A DNA stretch of 64,000 nt from a candidate division WOR-3 bacterium. Its GTDB lineage: Bacteria > Hydrothermota > Tepidihabitantia > SM23-42. Made by a program: the position numbers and the translations under genes. Positions within the stretch are counted from its first letter, which is position 1; each line of letters opens with the position of its first letter. The notes beneath the pieces were generated by a model. It searched no databases. It had not been told where the DNA came from and saw nothing but the letters and a program-made list of their open reading frames with translations. Shown piece after piece: positions 29,884 through 38,122 of the stretch. The stretch is taken from assembly GCA_020341755.1 (NCBI GenBank), contig CP070834.1:1749141-1813140 (forward strand). Reading direction: 5' to 3'.

Positions 29884-31392
29884 ATGGTCTTCTTAACTGC
29901 TCTGTTTCTCATCAACCTGCAGGCTGACCTGCGCTGGGTCGAGGTCGATGTTGCACTCTGGCAGGATGGCAGGGCGGATTTCGTGTACCGGGTGCACTGG
30001 AACGTTATGTCCGGGACGATGAGCGGGTTCTACTTCCAGGAAAAGACCGTCGATCCCTATTTTGAATACGAGAGCGCCTATGCAGTCGATGACTGGGGTA
30101 ACGAGTACCGGATCGAGATCAAGGACCTCGGCAACAAGTACGATATCATACTGGGAGACAAAAAACGCTTCGGCCCCGGAGAAATCACCTATATCTTCCA
30201 CTTTGGAGGAGACCTCGGCAGCAGTGGCAATCTGGCGCTGACCGAGAGTGAATTCGGTGACCTCGTCGTGTTCCACTGGGCACCTGCTCAATGGGATGAG
30301 CCTCTTGAACACTATACAGTGTACGTGTACTATCCGATCAAATCAGCGCGTGGGAGGGTGGACCCTGCTGAATACGGATTCCGGACAGAGCGGTTCATGA
30401 ATGAAGAGTACCTGCTTTCGTATTTCAGTCAGGAATACGAAGGGGAGCAGTGGTTCACGGTTCGTATTCACAAGAACGATCCTCCGTCGACGTATAAAAT
30501 GCTCATCCAACAATACGTACCTGCCGAATACTTCCGTGCTGAGAAATTCGGAACCATAACGATCACTCCAGAAGCCCGCGATGGATTCGGCTTTCCTCTG
30601 GAGATTTTGTGGATGCTTGTGTACATCGTCCCCTATCTCATGTATGGCAACCGGAAGGCGAAAAAGATAAAAGGTACCTACAGCCAGGTAGCAAGCCTGA
30701 CGTGGCTTCGGGACGACTGGGTACCTCCTAAGATCGAAGTGGCACAATTCCGGAAATCGGGTAAAGTCGCCAAACTTGATCTGATAGAGGCAGCGTTCTT
30801 GCTCGATTATCCGGTCAATAAGATCTTGACCATCCTGGCATCGAAATTAGAAGATAACGGTATCATCAAAGTACAATCTACGGCACCGGTCAAGATAACC
30901 GTCCTGCAGCGACCGACCGTGAGATACTATGAAGCAGCATTTCTCGATGCAGTAAAACCGGATGGCACTTTCGATGAAGCAGGCCTACAGAGAGTGGTCA
31001 CGGAAGTCGTTGAGAAGATTTCCCAGAAGGCTTGGGACTGCGATCTCGAGGCAACGAAATTGTATTATGAAGAGAAGATCGGTGCCCATGTTCCTGAAAC
31101 ATCGCTCGATAAAGAATACGATAAACGTGAATATTATGATTACCTCATGAACAGGGATTTCACGCGGCGCCATTATTACAGCGAACGGGAGCAGGGTTTT
31201 GTCATACCGGGGGAAGCGGTCAAGAGCTATTCTGCTTTCGTACGTTCGGATGCATGTCATAGCGCATGCTATGTGCATACAGCATGCCATGATGCCTGTC
31301 ATTCAGCATGTCATTCGGCCTGTCATTCAGCGTGCCATTCAGCATGCCATTCGGCGTGCCATTCGGCGTGTGTGAGTGGAGGAGCCCACTGA
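29884..31392 (+). CDS. membrane protein with C-terminal Cys/His-rich (His-Ser-Ala-Cys)n tandem-repeat tail
   Basis: The 502-aa ORF has its first ATG directly after an in-frame TAG. It has an N-terminal hydrophobic segment, a roughly 240-aa beta-rich domain, a central TM helix (FPLEILWMLVYIVPYLMYG) and a cytosolic-looking domain. It ends ...SDACHSACYVHTACHDACHSACHSACHSACHSACHSACHSACVSGGAH. Confidence 0.55.
   Translation: MVFLTALFLINLQADLRWVEVDVALWQDGRADFVYRVHWNVMSGTMSGFYFQEKTVDPYFEYESAYAVDDWGNEYRIEIKDLGNKYDIILGDKKRFGPGEITYIFHFGGDLGSSGNLALTESEFGDLVVFHWAPAQWDEPLEHYTVYVYYPIKSARGRVDPAEYGFRTERFMNEEYLLSYFSQEYEGEQWFTVRIHKNDPPSTYKMLIQQYVPAEYFRAEKFGTITITPEARDGFGFPLEILWMLVYIVPYLMYGNRKAKKIKGTYSQVASLTWLRDDWVPPKIEVAQFRKSGKVAKLDLIEAAFLLDYPVNKILTILASKLEDNGIIKVQSTAPVKITVLQRPTVRYYEAAFLDAVKPDGTFDEAGLQRVVTEVVEKISQKAWDCDLEATKLYYEEKIGAHVPETSLDKEYDKREYYDYLMNRDFTRRHYYSEREQGFVIPGEAVKSYSAFVRSDACHSACYVHTACHDACHSACHSACHSACHSACHSACHSACVSGGAH
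31251..31372 (+). repeat. imperfect 12-nt tandem repeat (about 10 units, consensus CATTCRGCNTGY) encoding (HSAC)n
   Basis: The repeat is directly visible at the 3' end of the 29884..31392 CDS. The unit differences lie almost only at third codon positions. Confidence 0.8.
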
Positions 31393-31542
31393 ATGCAGAA
31401 CGCTGAATGCAGAAGGCAGAATATTGCAGTCTTCGACTGCATCGATGATCCCGGTTATGTTATTAAAAAATATGCATATTCAAGGAATCGGGATTCTCGC
31501 TTCGCGGAACAGTGATGAAACAGAAAGATTACGGAGATCTTT

Positions 31543-31620
31543 ATGCGAAATAAGACATGTATGATTGCTGATTTTAAATTTATAATTGATAATTTGAAAT
31601 GTCAAATTGAGAAGAAATGA
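31543..31620 (+). CDS. candidate small ORF (25 aa, MRNKTCMIADFKFIIDNLKCQIEKK), possible precursor peptide
   Basis: An ATG with GGAG 6 nt upstream starts the ORF. Its stop overlaps the ATG of the radical SAM gene as ATGA. It is AT-rich and small, and could alternatively be promoter or leader sequence. Confidence 0.25.
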   Translation: MRNKTCMIADFKFIIDNLKCQIEKK

Positions 31621-32975
31621 TACAAGAAAGAGAACTCAAAGCACAAGACTGCCAAATAAAAAAATATCATACAGGTAATTATGCAGAATCCGGGCAGTTT
31701 GACCTCGGGTGGGTGGATGAGTTTGTAAAGAAGATCAGTCCGTATATCTTTGTACGAGAACTAGACAGTCTTTTGATACTCATACCAAATCAGGCTTATA
31801 AATTGAATCCTTCGGGAATTGCGGTCCTGTCTTTCTTGCTAAAGGGATACAGCATACAGGAGTTCCTCCAGACCATCGGTGATACCTCCGACAAACGACG
31901 GGATCTCCACATGTTCTTCTGCGACCTTAGAGCGGTAATCAATGGCTGCCTGCGTGAGAACGATCACCGGGAAGCAGTCGCCTATTATGAGTTCAACGGG
32001 AATGTCGGAAAATACCCTGTTTTGAGCGAAGTTGCAGTAACGTACCGATGTAATCTCAAATGCCGTTTTTGTTACGTGGGGCACCAGCGCAGCCCGGAGA
32101 TGAACACGAATGATATGAAAAAAGTACTGCTGCGCATACGCCACGAAGCACAGGTGCCATCGGTGAGTTTTACCGGCGGTGAACCGCTGCTCAGACAGGA
32201 TCTTGGTGAACTGGTAGCGTATGCTACCGGCATCGACATGTGGACGAATTTGATCACCAATGGCACACTCCTCACACAAGAATTAGCTGATGAACTGAAA
32301 GGAGCGGGTTTGAAAAGTGCGCAGGTCAGTATTGAAGGACATGCAGCACTGGTTCATGATCGGTTGACCGGAGTGAGCGGATCGTTCAAGAAGACCCTCA
32401 CGGCCATCCGCATACTCCAGAATACGGGGGTCAGGGTACACACGAACACGACCCTTTCCCGGGAAAACATTCAGCACGCAGAGCAGATACTGTGTCTCGC
32501 GCGCAGATTAGGATTGAAAAGGGTATCGATGAACCTGCTGATCCCATGCGGAAGTGCAGCACAGAGCAGTGATCTGTGGGTCTCATATTCTGAGGTCGGT
32601 GATCATATCCTGAGGCTCAAACGACGAGCCCGCGAGGAAGGAATCGATTTTCTCTGGTATTCACCCGTACCCCTGTGCACATTCAATCCCATTGCCCATG
32701 GTTTTGGTAATAAATCGTGTGCCGCATTAACCGGTCTGCTGAGCATCGACCCGCAGGGGAATATCATTCCCTGTTCGTCATGGCCCATGCCGATCGGGTC
32801 GCTGCTCCGAAAAAGTTTTCAGGATATATGGCAGACCCCGATGTTGAGTTACTTCGAGAACGTTGAATACGCACCAGAAAAGTGCCGAAGGTGCGAGCAT
32901 TTAGATGTGTGTAAAGGAGCATGCCCCCTGTACTGGCATGCATGCGGTGTGGGAGAACTCGATGCAAGAGCATAG
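31617..32975 (+). CDS. radical SAM/SPASM-domain enzyme with N-terminal PqqD-like RiPP-recognition element
   Basis: The 452-aa ORF has the CNLKCRFCY (CxxxCxxC) radical SAM cluster motif with a GGEPLL SAM-binding motif. The C-terminal Cys-rich region CSSWP...CRRCEHLDVCKGACPLYWHAC is SPASM-like. The N-terminal roughly 100 aa (DSLLILIPNQAYKLNPSGIAVLSFLLKGYSIQEFLQTI) resemble PqqD/RRE. Confidence 0.75.
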   Translation: MIQERELKAQDCQIKKYHTGNYAESGQFDLGWVDEFVKKISPYIFVRELDSLLILIPNQAYKLNPSGIAVLSFLLKGYSIQEFLQTIGDTSDKRRDLHMFFCDLRAVINGCLRENDHREAVAYYEFNGNVGKYPVLSEVAVTYRCNLKCRFCYVGHQRSPEMNTNDMKKVLLRIRHEAQVPSVSFTGGEPLLRQDLGELVAYATGIDMWTNLITNGTLLTQELADELKGAGLKSAQVSIEGHAALVHDRLTGVSGSFKKTLTAIRILQNTGVRVHTNTTLSRENIQHAEQILCLARRLGLKRVSMNLLIPCGSAAQSSDLWVSYSEVGDHILRLKRRAREEGIDFLWYSPVPLCTFNPIAHGFGNKSCAALTGLLSIDPQGNIIPCSSWPMPIGSLLRKSFQDIWQTPMLSYFENVEYAPEKCRRCEHLDVCKGACPLYWHACGVGELDARA

Positions 32976-33876
32976 GACATACCTTATCTTTGACAGGATC
33001 GGTTCTGGCATGCGTATGTTCTTTTCCGTACTGCTTGTCGCCGTGGGCTTCCTTGTACAACTTGCCACTAAAAATATCCTTGCCGGATTGCCATTTATTA
33101 TCTTCTGTGCAGTCTTCAATATGCTGCGCGGTATCAGTATCAAGAAAATTGTACCGAAGGAATTAACCTGGCAGGAAGTGACTCCTGCCAAGATAGAGGA
33201 CGTGATCACTCAGTGCAAAAAGATCAAGCGGTTCAGGAGCAGTAACACGGGTTGTATTGTGATCGCTGTCCTCTTGGTTTTTGGTCTTTCTTTCGGTGCT
33301 CCGGTCCTTTTCTCCCTGCTGTCATCGAGTCCTTTTGCACTCGTTGCGACCATTATAAATGCTGTAATCCTCTTTGCCGCAACGGGTTTAAGCGGACGAA
33401 AATCTGCCTGGATGCCGCACGCCCTCGATATCAAGGCGAAGATTGTGCAGCGGATGCTCGCATCAACGGTGTTCAAGAACGAACCCGGAGTCATGGCAGT
33501 CCCCTATATTGAGATAGGAAAAGGAGGTGCCGGGACGTTTCCCAATGATGTCCGTTTTTTGTTGAAATTCAAGGATGCACCCGATGATCTGATCGGTCTG
33601 CAAGCCCAGATCTCGATCAATACGGTTAAAGGAAGGCCCTATCCATACCTTTATGTAGTGCTCATCGCGAAGCACGCATTCAGTCTTTTCAAAAAATTCC
33701 CCGGCAAGGAACCCGACAAACTTGTCATCGAGCAGAAACGGACAGGTGAAGTCGATGTGGTCGTTATCAGACAGCGTACCACCAAGACATCAGGGTATCA
33801 CACTGATGAACATGTCCAGGATTATATCCTTCGTCAGGGTATCGTTCTGACCAGACAGACCATCAAAACTACCTGA
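32962..33876 (+). CDS. membrane protein (4 TM helices plus soluble C-terminal domain), translationally coupled to the radical SAM gene
   Basis: An internal ATG with a GGGAGA Shine-Dalgarno starts the ORF, which overlaps the last 14 nt of the radical SAM CDS. Hydrophobic helices occur at roughly residues 20-45, 50-70, 115-140 and 145-170. No recognisable domain. Confidence 0.45.
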   Translation: MQEHRTYLIFDRIGSGMRMFFSVLLVAVGFLVQLATKNILAGLPFIIFCAVFNMLRGISIKKIVPKELTWQEVTPAKIEDVITQCKKIKRFRSSNTGCIVIAVLLVFGLSFGAPVLFSLLSSSPFALVATIINAVILFAATGLSGRKSAWMPHALDIKAKIVQRMLASTVFKNEPGVMAVPYIEIGKGGAGTFPNDVRFLLKFKDAPDDLIGLQAQISINTVKGRPYPYLYVVLIAKHAFSLFKKFPGKEPDKLVIEQKRTGEVDVVVIRQRTTKTSGYHTDEHVQDYILRQGIVLTRQTIKTT

Positions 33877-34651
33877 AATACAGATCAGTCCTGCGGTCAA
33901 CAAAGAGATCATTGTGATCGTTCATTTTCTTATTCAGGGCGTGCTCAGGGTCAATGTCGATTACCTTCAAGCAAGATTCTTCGCCGACTCTTATGAGAAT
34001 TTCTCCGACGGGTGATACAACCTGGCTCATGCCTATGAAGTGGTACTTCTTACCATTACGTATTTCATCGCCTGTGCGATCGGCAGTGATGATGAATACC
34101 CGGTTCTCGACCGCGCGCGTCTTCATGGCATCGGGGCAATAGGGAGTAACCAGATTCGCTGCCTGCAGGATGACCTGAGCACCTTTCAGAGCAAGTGTCC
34201 TCATCGCTTCGGGATATATCCAATCCCAGCAAATCAGCATGCCGAATTTCACACCGCGGTATTCAAAGATGTGAAACCCGGTGTCGCCGGGACGAAAGAA
34301 GAAGTGTTCCTCGAAGTACAGATGCGACTTCCGGTAGGTCGCGATGATCTCTGGTCCAGCAACGAACGACATGGAATTGTAATAGTCGTCGCCCGCCCGT
34401 TCGGCAAAGCCAAAGGCAATAGCACATCCTGTCTTTTCTGAGAGAGTCATAATGCAATGAGTCGTTTCACCGTTTGCCGGTTCGGCGAGTGATGCCAGTT
34501 CATCGATGTTCAGGAATGCATACCCGGTATTGAACAGTTCGGGGAGCACGATGAGATCGGCACATATTCCCTTGATCATACGTTCGACACATTCGAGATT
34601 CTTCTTTTTATTCCCGAACGATGGGTCGAACTGCAGGAACCCGACCTTCAT
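33869..34651 (-). CDS. carbon-nitrogen hydrolase (nitrilase superfamily)
   Basis: The 260-aa ORF starts MKVGFLQFDPSFGNKKKNLECVERMIKGICADLIVLPELFNTGY (catalytic Glu). It has ...MLICWDWIYPE (catalytic Cys in the ICWD context). Confidence 0.75.
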   Translation of the reverse strand: MKVGFLQFDPSFGNKKKNLECVERMIKGICADLIVLPELFNTGYAFLNIDELASLAEPANGETTHCIMTLSEKTGCAIAFGFAERAGDDYYNSMSFVAGPEIIATYRKSHLYFEEHFFFRPGDTGFHIFEYRGVKFGMLICWDWIYPEAMRTLALKGAQVILQAANLVTPYCPDAMKTRAVENRVFIITADRTGDEIRNGKKYHFIGMSQVVSPVGEILIRVGEESCLKVIDIDPEHALNKKMNDHNDLFVDRRTDLYFR

Positions 34652-34657
34652 GATCGA

Positions 34658-35311
34658 TTAAAAACCCAGGTGAGCATTAACGAGCATCACTGAGATGTTT
34701 GTTTGCCATGGACGGTACTGGATAATCGAAGTCACCCGGCAAATCCTGGCCGGAGCATTACAGTCACTGCACTGTCCTGTTTCCGCACATGGTGTTTTGC
34801 TGCCGACCCGTCTGGCGTTCATGACCGCGGCTATGTTTTTGCTCCGTTTGATACCGCTGTCAATGTCGTCTGTGATCTTATTGTAACCGGCAACGATGAT
34901 CACGTTATCTGGACCGTAAATCATATGAGCGACACGATTGCCAATACCATCGATATTGATGATATCACCGTGCCTGGTTATGGCGTTTGCGCTTGTCAGG
35001 TAGTAATCAGCCCGTCCTTCTTTCTGCCTGATCTCACGGCTCTCAAGAAGAGGGATTTCCTTTTTCCAGTGATGCACGACGGAATTGCCTCTTTTTTCGA
35101 GTTCCTCTAATATGCCTATCTCACGTATCGTGACCGACCCACCGACACCGACCGTTGCATCCACCGGTATAGTGTCCAGCAATGCCTGCCGCGCATCATC
35201 GATAGAAGCGGCATATGTCGAATGAAACGCTCTTTTTTCCAACGCCTTTGCCACGGCTGCCAGCCTGGTTTCGTGATACCAGGTTTCATACTCACTGTAT
35301 TCGGGAATCAT
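34658..35311 (-). CDS. LUD-domain protein (LutC/YkgG-like)
   Basis: The 217-aa ORF has a pattern VGVGGSVTIREIGILEELEKRG...LTSANAITRHGDIINIDGIGNRVAHMIYGPDNVIIVAGYNKI typical of DUF162/LUD. A short C-terminal Cys cluster is present. Confidence 0.6.
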   Translation of the reverse strand: MIPEYSEYETWYHETRLAAVAKALEKRAFHSTYAASIDDARQALLDTIPVDATVGVGGSVTIREIGILEELEKRGNSVVHHWKKEIPLLESREIRQKEGRADYYLTSANAITRHGDIINIDGIGNRVAHMIYGPDNVIIVAGYNKITDDIDSGIKRSKNIAAVMNARRVGSKTPCAETGQCSDCNAPARICRVTSIIQYRPWQTNISVMLVNAHLGF

Positions 35312-35664
35312 GTTTTCTTTATCCTTTTCAAATCATCCCAGGTAGCATATGCACGACGCAGGTGAGGTATGGTTATCGATCCGCCAACAATGAGCCCGAT
35401 GGTCAGGGCTTCGGCAAGTTGTTTATCGCTGACACCATTATCGTAACAGTTGATTAAGTGGAAAACTATACAATCTTCGCAACGCAGGACGAGCGAGGCA
35501 ACCAATCCAATCAATTCCTTTGTTGTGGCGGGCAGCGTACCTTCCTTATAGACCTGGGTATCGAGGTAGAAAAACCTCTTTGCATCCTGTCCACAGTATT
35601 TCGACATGTTTTTTATCAATGCTTCGCGGTCTACTGTGAACTCTTCTGGTTTTCTGATGGGCAT
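35308..35664 (-). CDS. carboxymuconolactone decarboxylase/AhpD-like family protein
   Basis: The 118-aa ORF has the CEDCIVFHL (CxxC...H) motif in an all-helical AhpD-core-like context. Confidence 0.6.
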   Translation of the reverse strand: MPIRKPEEFTVDREALIKNMSKYCGQDAKRFFYLDTQVYKEGTLPATTKELIGLVASLVLRCEDCIVFHLINCYDNGVSDKQLAEALTIGLIVGGSITIPHLRRAYATWDDLKRIKKT

Positions 35665-35737
35665 ATGTTATACCTCCTTGTGGAATTACGGCGTATGTAT
35701 TATATCGTAGTGTCTGTGTATGTCAACAGCAGCGGAA

Positions 35738-35773
35738 ATGAGAAAGGGTCGGCATGAGCCGACCCTTTCTCAT
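35738..35773 (-). terminator. perfect 16-bp stem/4-nt loop hairpin just downstream of pckG
   Basis: ATGAGAAAGGGTCGGC-atga-GCCGACCCTTTCTCAT lies 14 nt after the pckG stop. The U-tract is poor, so the assignment is as a terminator-like structure. Confidence 0.45.
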
Positions 35774-35786
35774 TATGTTACGTGTA

Positions 35787-37667
35787 TTATGCGAGTTTGT
35801 CGGGATCGATATAATCACCGTGTGTTTTTTGTGCTTCGAGCAATCGTTTACGCTGCTCCTCCAGGACATCGAAGAGTATCTTGGGCGTATCAGTGACCTT
35901 GGTTTCATAGACCTCTTTAATCCGGTTAATCTTTGCAAGATTCTCGGGTACGCGTACCGTAAATTGTTTTGTGTATGCTTCCTTGCTGTAGTCTTTGTTC
36001 AGGACATCTTTGAACAATTTCTTCAAGTCATCGTATTTCGGGATGCGCCCAGTCGGTGTATCGATCGCTCCGACGTCGTTGTGCGCCCGTAGTTCCATCC
36101 ATTTATACCAGACTTTCTTGTCGGTTTTTTCATTGAGGAAGTTGCCATCCTTGTCCTTCAAAAAGTAGTTCACGGAAAAAATAAGCGGAGTTTTTTTCAG
36201 ATCTTTTACGAAATCGAGATTTTTCTGGATATATTCGCCGACCGGGATCGACAAGAAATCAAGGTTCGACATGAGGTTGAATTTTCTCACGCCTGCCTTG
36301 CCCAGGGTCGCCGCGGTTGTCTCTGATTCCAGAGATGCACCTTTGGTGATGATGCCATGCGTCCAGTCGAATGATTCCTCGACCGGTACCCAGGTGTCAG
36401 AATCGCGACCACCATAGACCATGCCGCCGACTGCAACACCATCTGGATCGTGGAGCGCCGGATCGAGATTCTCAAGATTCTCAAGTGAAATGGTAAAACG
36501 AGCATTGGGATGTGATACTGGAATTTCATTGCCTTTATCATCCTTCTTGCCCTTGTGCCATTCGCCTGAATGATTGTAGCCTTTCGGAGGTATTTCTCCA
36601 TCCTTGCCGATCCAATGAGCACCCTTTTCCGGAGTGACGAGTACGTTGGAGACGATCAGTTCGCCGGGATCACGGAGTGCTTTCCACTGTATCGGATCAT
36701 CTTTCGAATTGATGCCCTGGATGATCCCGAACATGCCCTTTTCCACATTGACGGCACGGACTTCTCCATCTTTTTTCCTCAGATAGGCGATGTCATCACC
36801 GACGATCGTTTCGTTGTCGAGCATTGCAGTCGATGTCTTACCGCACAGAGAAGGAAAGGCACCGGTGAAATACGTGACCCGGTTCGACGGTCCGTGCACA
36901 CCCATGACGAGCATATGTTCAGTTAACCATCCTTCTTTTGAACCACGGTTGATCGCCAGACGCATGGACAGTTTTTTCAATCCGATTGTATTCCCGCCGT
37001 ACTGTGTATTGGAACTGTAGACCGTATTACCCTGGAGGTCGATATAGATGCGACGTTTGTCGAGATTCTTACTTGTCTTCCGTTCGTCTAATTCACCGGC
37101 TGAATGGACCATCTTGAAGAATTGAGCCTTAGCCCCCTGTCGAATGAATTCCTCATATCCGCGACGATAGAGCAGATCTTCACTGTGTGCGACGTATGCA
37201 GAATCTGTGAGCTGAACGACCGGGATCGAGAAGATGGAATTCGTTGGTCCCAGGCAGAAGAAACGGATGTAGAGCTCCTTTCCTTTCATGATATCTTTCA
37301 TGATTTCGTGAATTTCCTTCAGACATTCGTCGCGGTCACCGGTTCTGATGGTGGGTCCCAGGTCAACACCCTTGGGAACGAGAATCACCGTATGTTCCTT
37401 GTCCCGTGCCTGATCATGGAAGTTGTCGAAGTGAATGGTATGACCGTCGGTAGCGAGTTTTTGTTCTTCTTTGTTCGTGATGGTTCGTTCCCTGATGTAC
37501 GTAACATCTTCCGGCGTATCGGCACACACAAAGACTGTCTCAGGACTACAGTGTTCAATGTATTTTGCAATGAAAGTATGGAGATCGGGGCTGTTAATTT
37601 TCATGAGTTTGGCGAAACCGTTGTCCCCTAATCTTTTTTGTAAGACACCCTTCGTCTTGTCGTCCAT
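35787..37667 (-). CDS. pckG: phosphoenolpyruvate carboxykinase (GTP)
   Basis: The 626-aa ORF has the GTP-PEPCK kinase-1a-like P-loop FPSLCGKTSTAM and other family-specific regions (YxGGN..., GMHG). An AGGAGG Shine-Dalgarno precedes the ATG. Confidence 0.85.
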   Translation of the reverse strand: MDDKTKGVLQKRLGDNGFAKLMKINSPDLHTFIAKYIEHCSPETVFVCADTPEDVTYIRERTITNKEEQKLATDGHTIHFDNFHDQARDKEHTVILVPKGVDLGPTIRTGDRDECLKEIHEIMKDIMKGKELYIRFFCLGPTNSIFSIPVVQLTDSAYVAHSEDLLYRRGYEEFIRQGAKAQFFKMVHSAGELDERKTSKNLDKRRIYIDLQGNTVYSSNTQYGGNTIGLKKLSMRLAINRGSKEGWLTEHMLVMGVHGPSNRVTYFTGAFPSLCGKTSTAMLDNETIVGDDIAYLRKKDGEVRAVNVEKGMFGIIQGINSKDDPIQWKALRDPGELIVSNVLVTPEKGAHWIGKDGEIPPKGYNHSGEWHKGKKDDKGNEIPVSHPNARFTISLENLENLDPALHDPDGVAVGGMVYGGRDSDTWVPVEESFDWTHGIITKGASLESETTAATLGKAGVRKFNLMSNLDFLSIPVGEYIQKNLDFVKDLKKTPLIFSVNYFLKDKDGNFLNEKTDKKVWYKWMELRAHNDVGAIDTPTGRIPKYDDLKKLFKDVLNKDYSKEAYTKQFTVRVPENLAKINRIKEVYETKVTDTPKILFDVLEEQRKRLLEAQKTHGDYIDPDKLA

Positions 37668-37810
37668 CTTTGTAACCTCCTTAATATAATCACAACAGTA
37701 TTGTTCTTAACTGATTCATACTAAAATACTTGGATAAAGAGTCTTTACTGTAAGCATCGAAACGCAAAGAGTATTATATCCATATTAGGTAAAAAGGCAA
37801 GTAAAAAATG

Positions 37811-38041
37811 CTATTTGTGTGTTTTTGTACCCCGGAAGGTGAACGCATTCTGTTTCATGCTGATACGGCTACCCTTATCTGTGCCAATGAGATTACCGCA
37901 TGAGCAGAGTACCCGCGTTCCATCGCGTACACTGAAATCTTTGATAATACGGTCTTTCCAACAGTGAAGTACACGCCCCTTACCGATCTTATGATATTTA
38001 AAGACTTTTTTCCTGCACCGTGAGCATTTTATCGTGAGCAT
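37811..38041 (-). CDS. small zinc-ribbon hypothetical protein
   Basis: The 76-aa basic ORF has CSRC...CSCG cysteine pairs. No other support. Confidence 0.3.
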   Translation of the reverse strand: MLTIKCSRCRKKVFKYHKIGKGRVLHCWKDRIIKDFSVRDGTRVLCSCGNLIGTDKGSRISMKQNAFTFRGTKTHK

Positions 38042-38122
38042 GGATGTATTATATCCTTATTTTCCACTGGTCACTATGCACCATTATATTTGCGGTCAGG
38101 TCGGGTTGCAGGGTTTTATGCA

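Noticed and set aside
31251-31372. The short regularly spaced direct repeats could be mistaken for a CRISPR array or a minisatellite.
   Set aside because: The unit is only 12 nt with no spacers and lies in frame inside a CDS, so it is a coding tandem repeat.
31390-31506. A 37-codon ORF (MQNAECRRQNIAVFDCIDDPGYVIKKYAYSRNRDSRFAEQ) begins at the ATG immediately after, and in frame with, the TGA of the (HSAC)n-tail gene. A GGAGGA sits 11 nt upstream. This raised the idea of TGA readthrough or selenocysteine recoding.
   Set aside because: No SECIS-like hairpin lies at the right distance. The only hairpin nearby, TGCAGTC-ttc-GACTGCA at about 31425-31441, is 33 nt downstream and lacks the expected loop features. 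No selenoprotein machinery is in the window. The ORF has no domain features. Most likely it is chance or a leader, so I kept it only as a note.
31376-31564. A 62-aa ORF on the + strand overlaps the repeat tail and the spacer.
   Set aside because: It starts inside the coding repeat in another frame, has no Shine-Dalgarno and is low complexity. I treat it as a frame artefact.
35754-36092. A + strand 112-aa ORF starts at the loop of the pckG-downstream hairpin.
   Set aside because: It is antisense to pckG and is an artefact of the palindrome providing an ATG.
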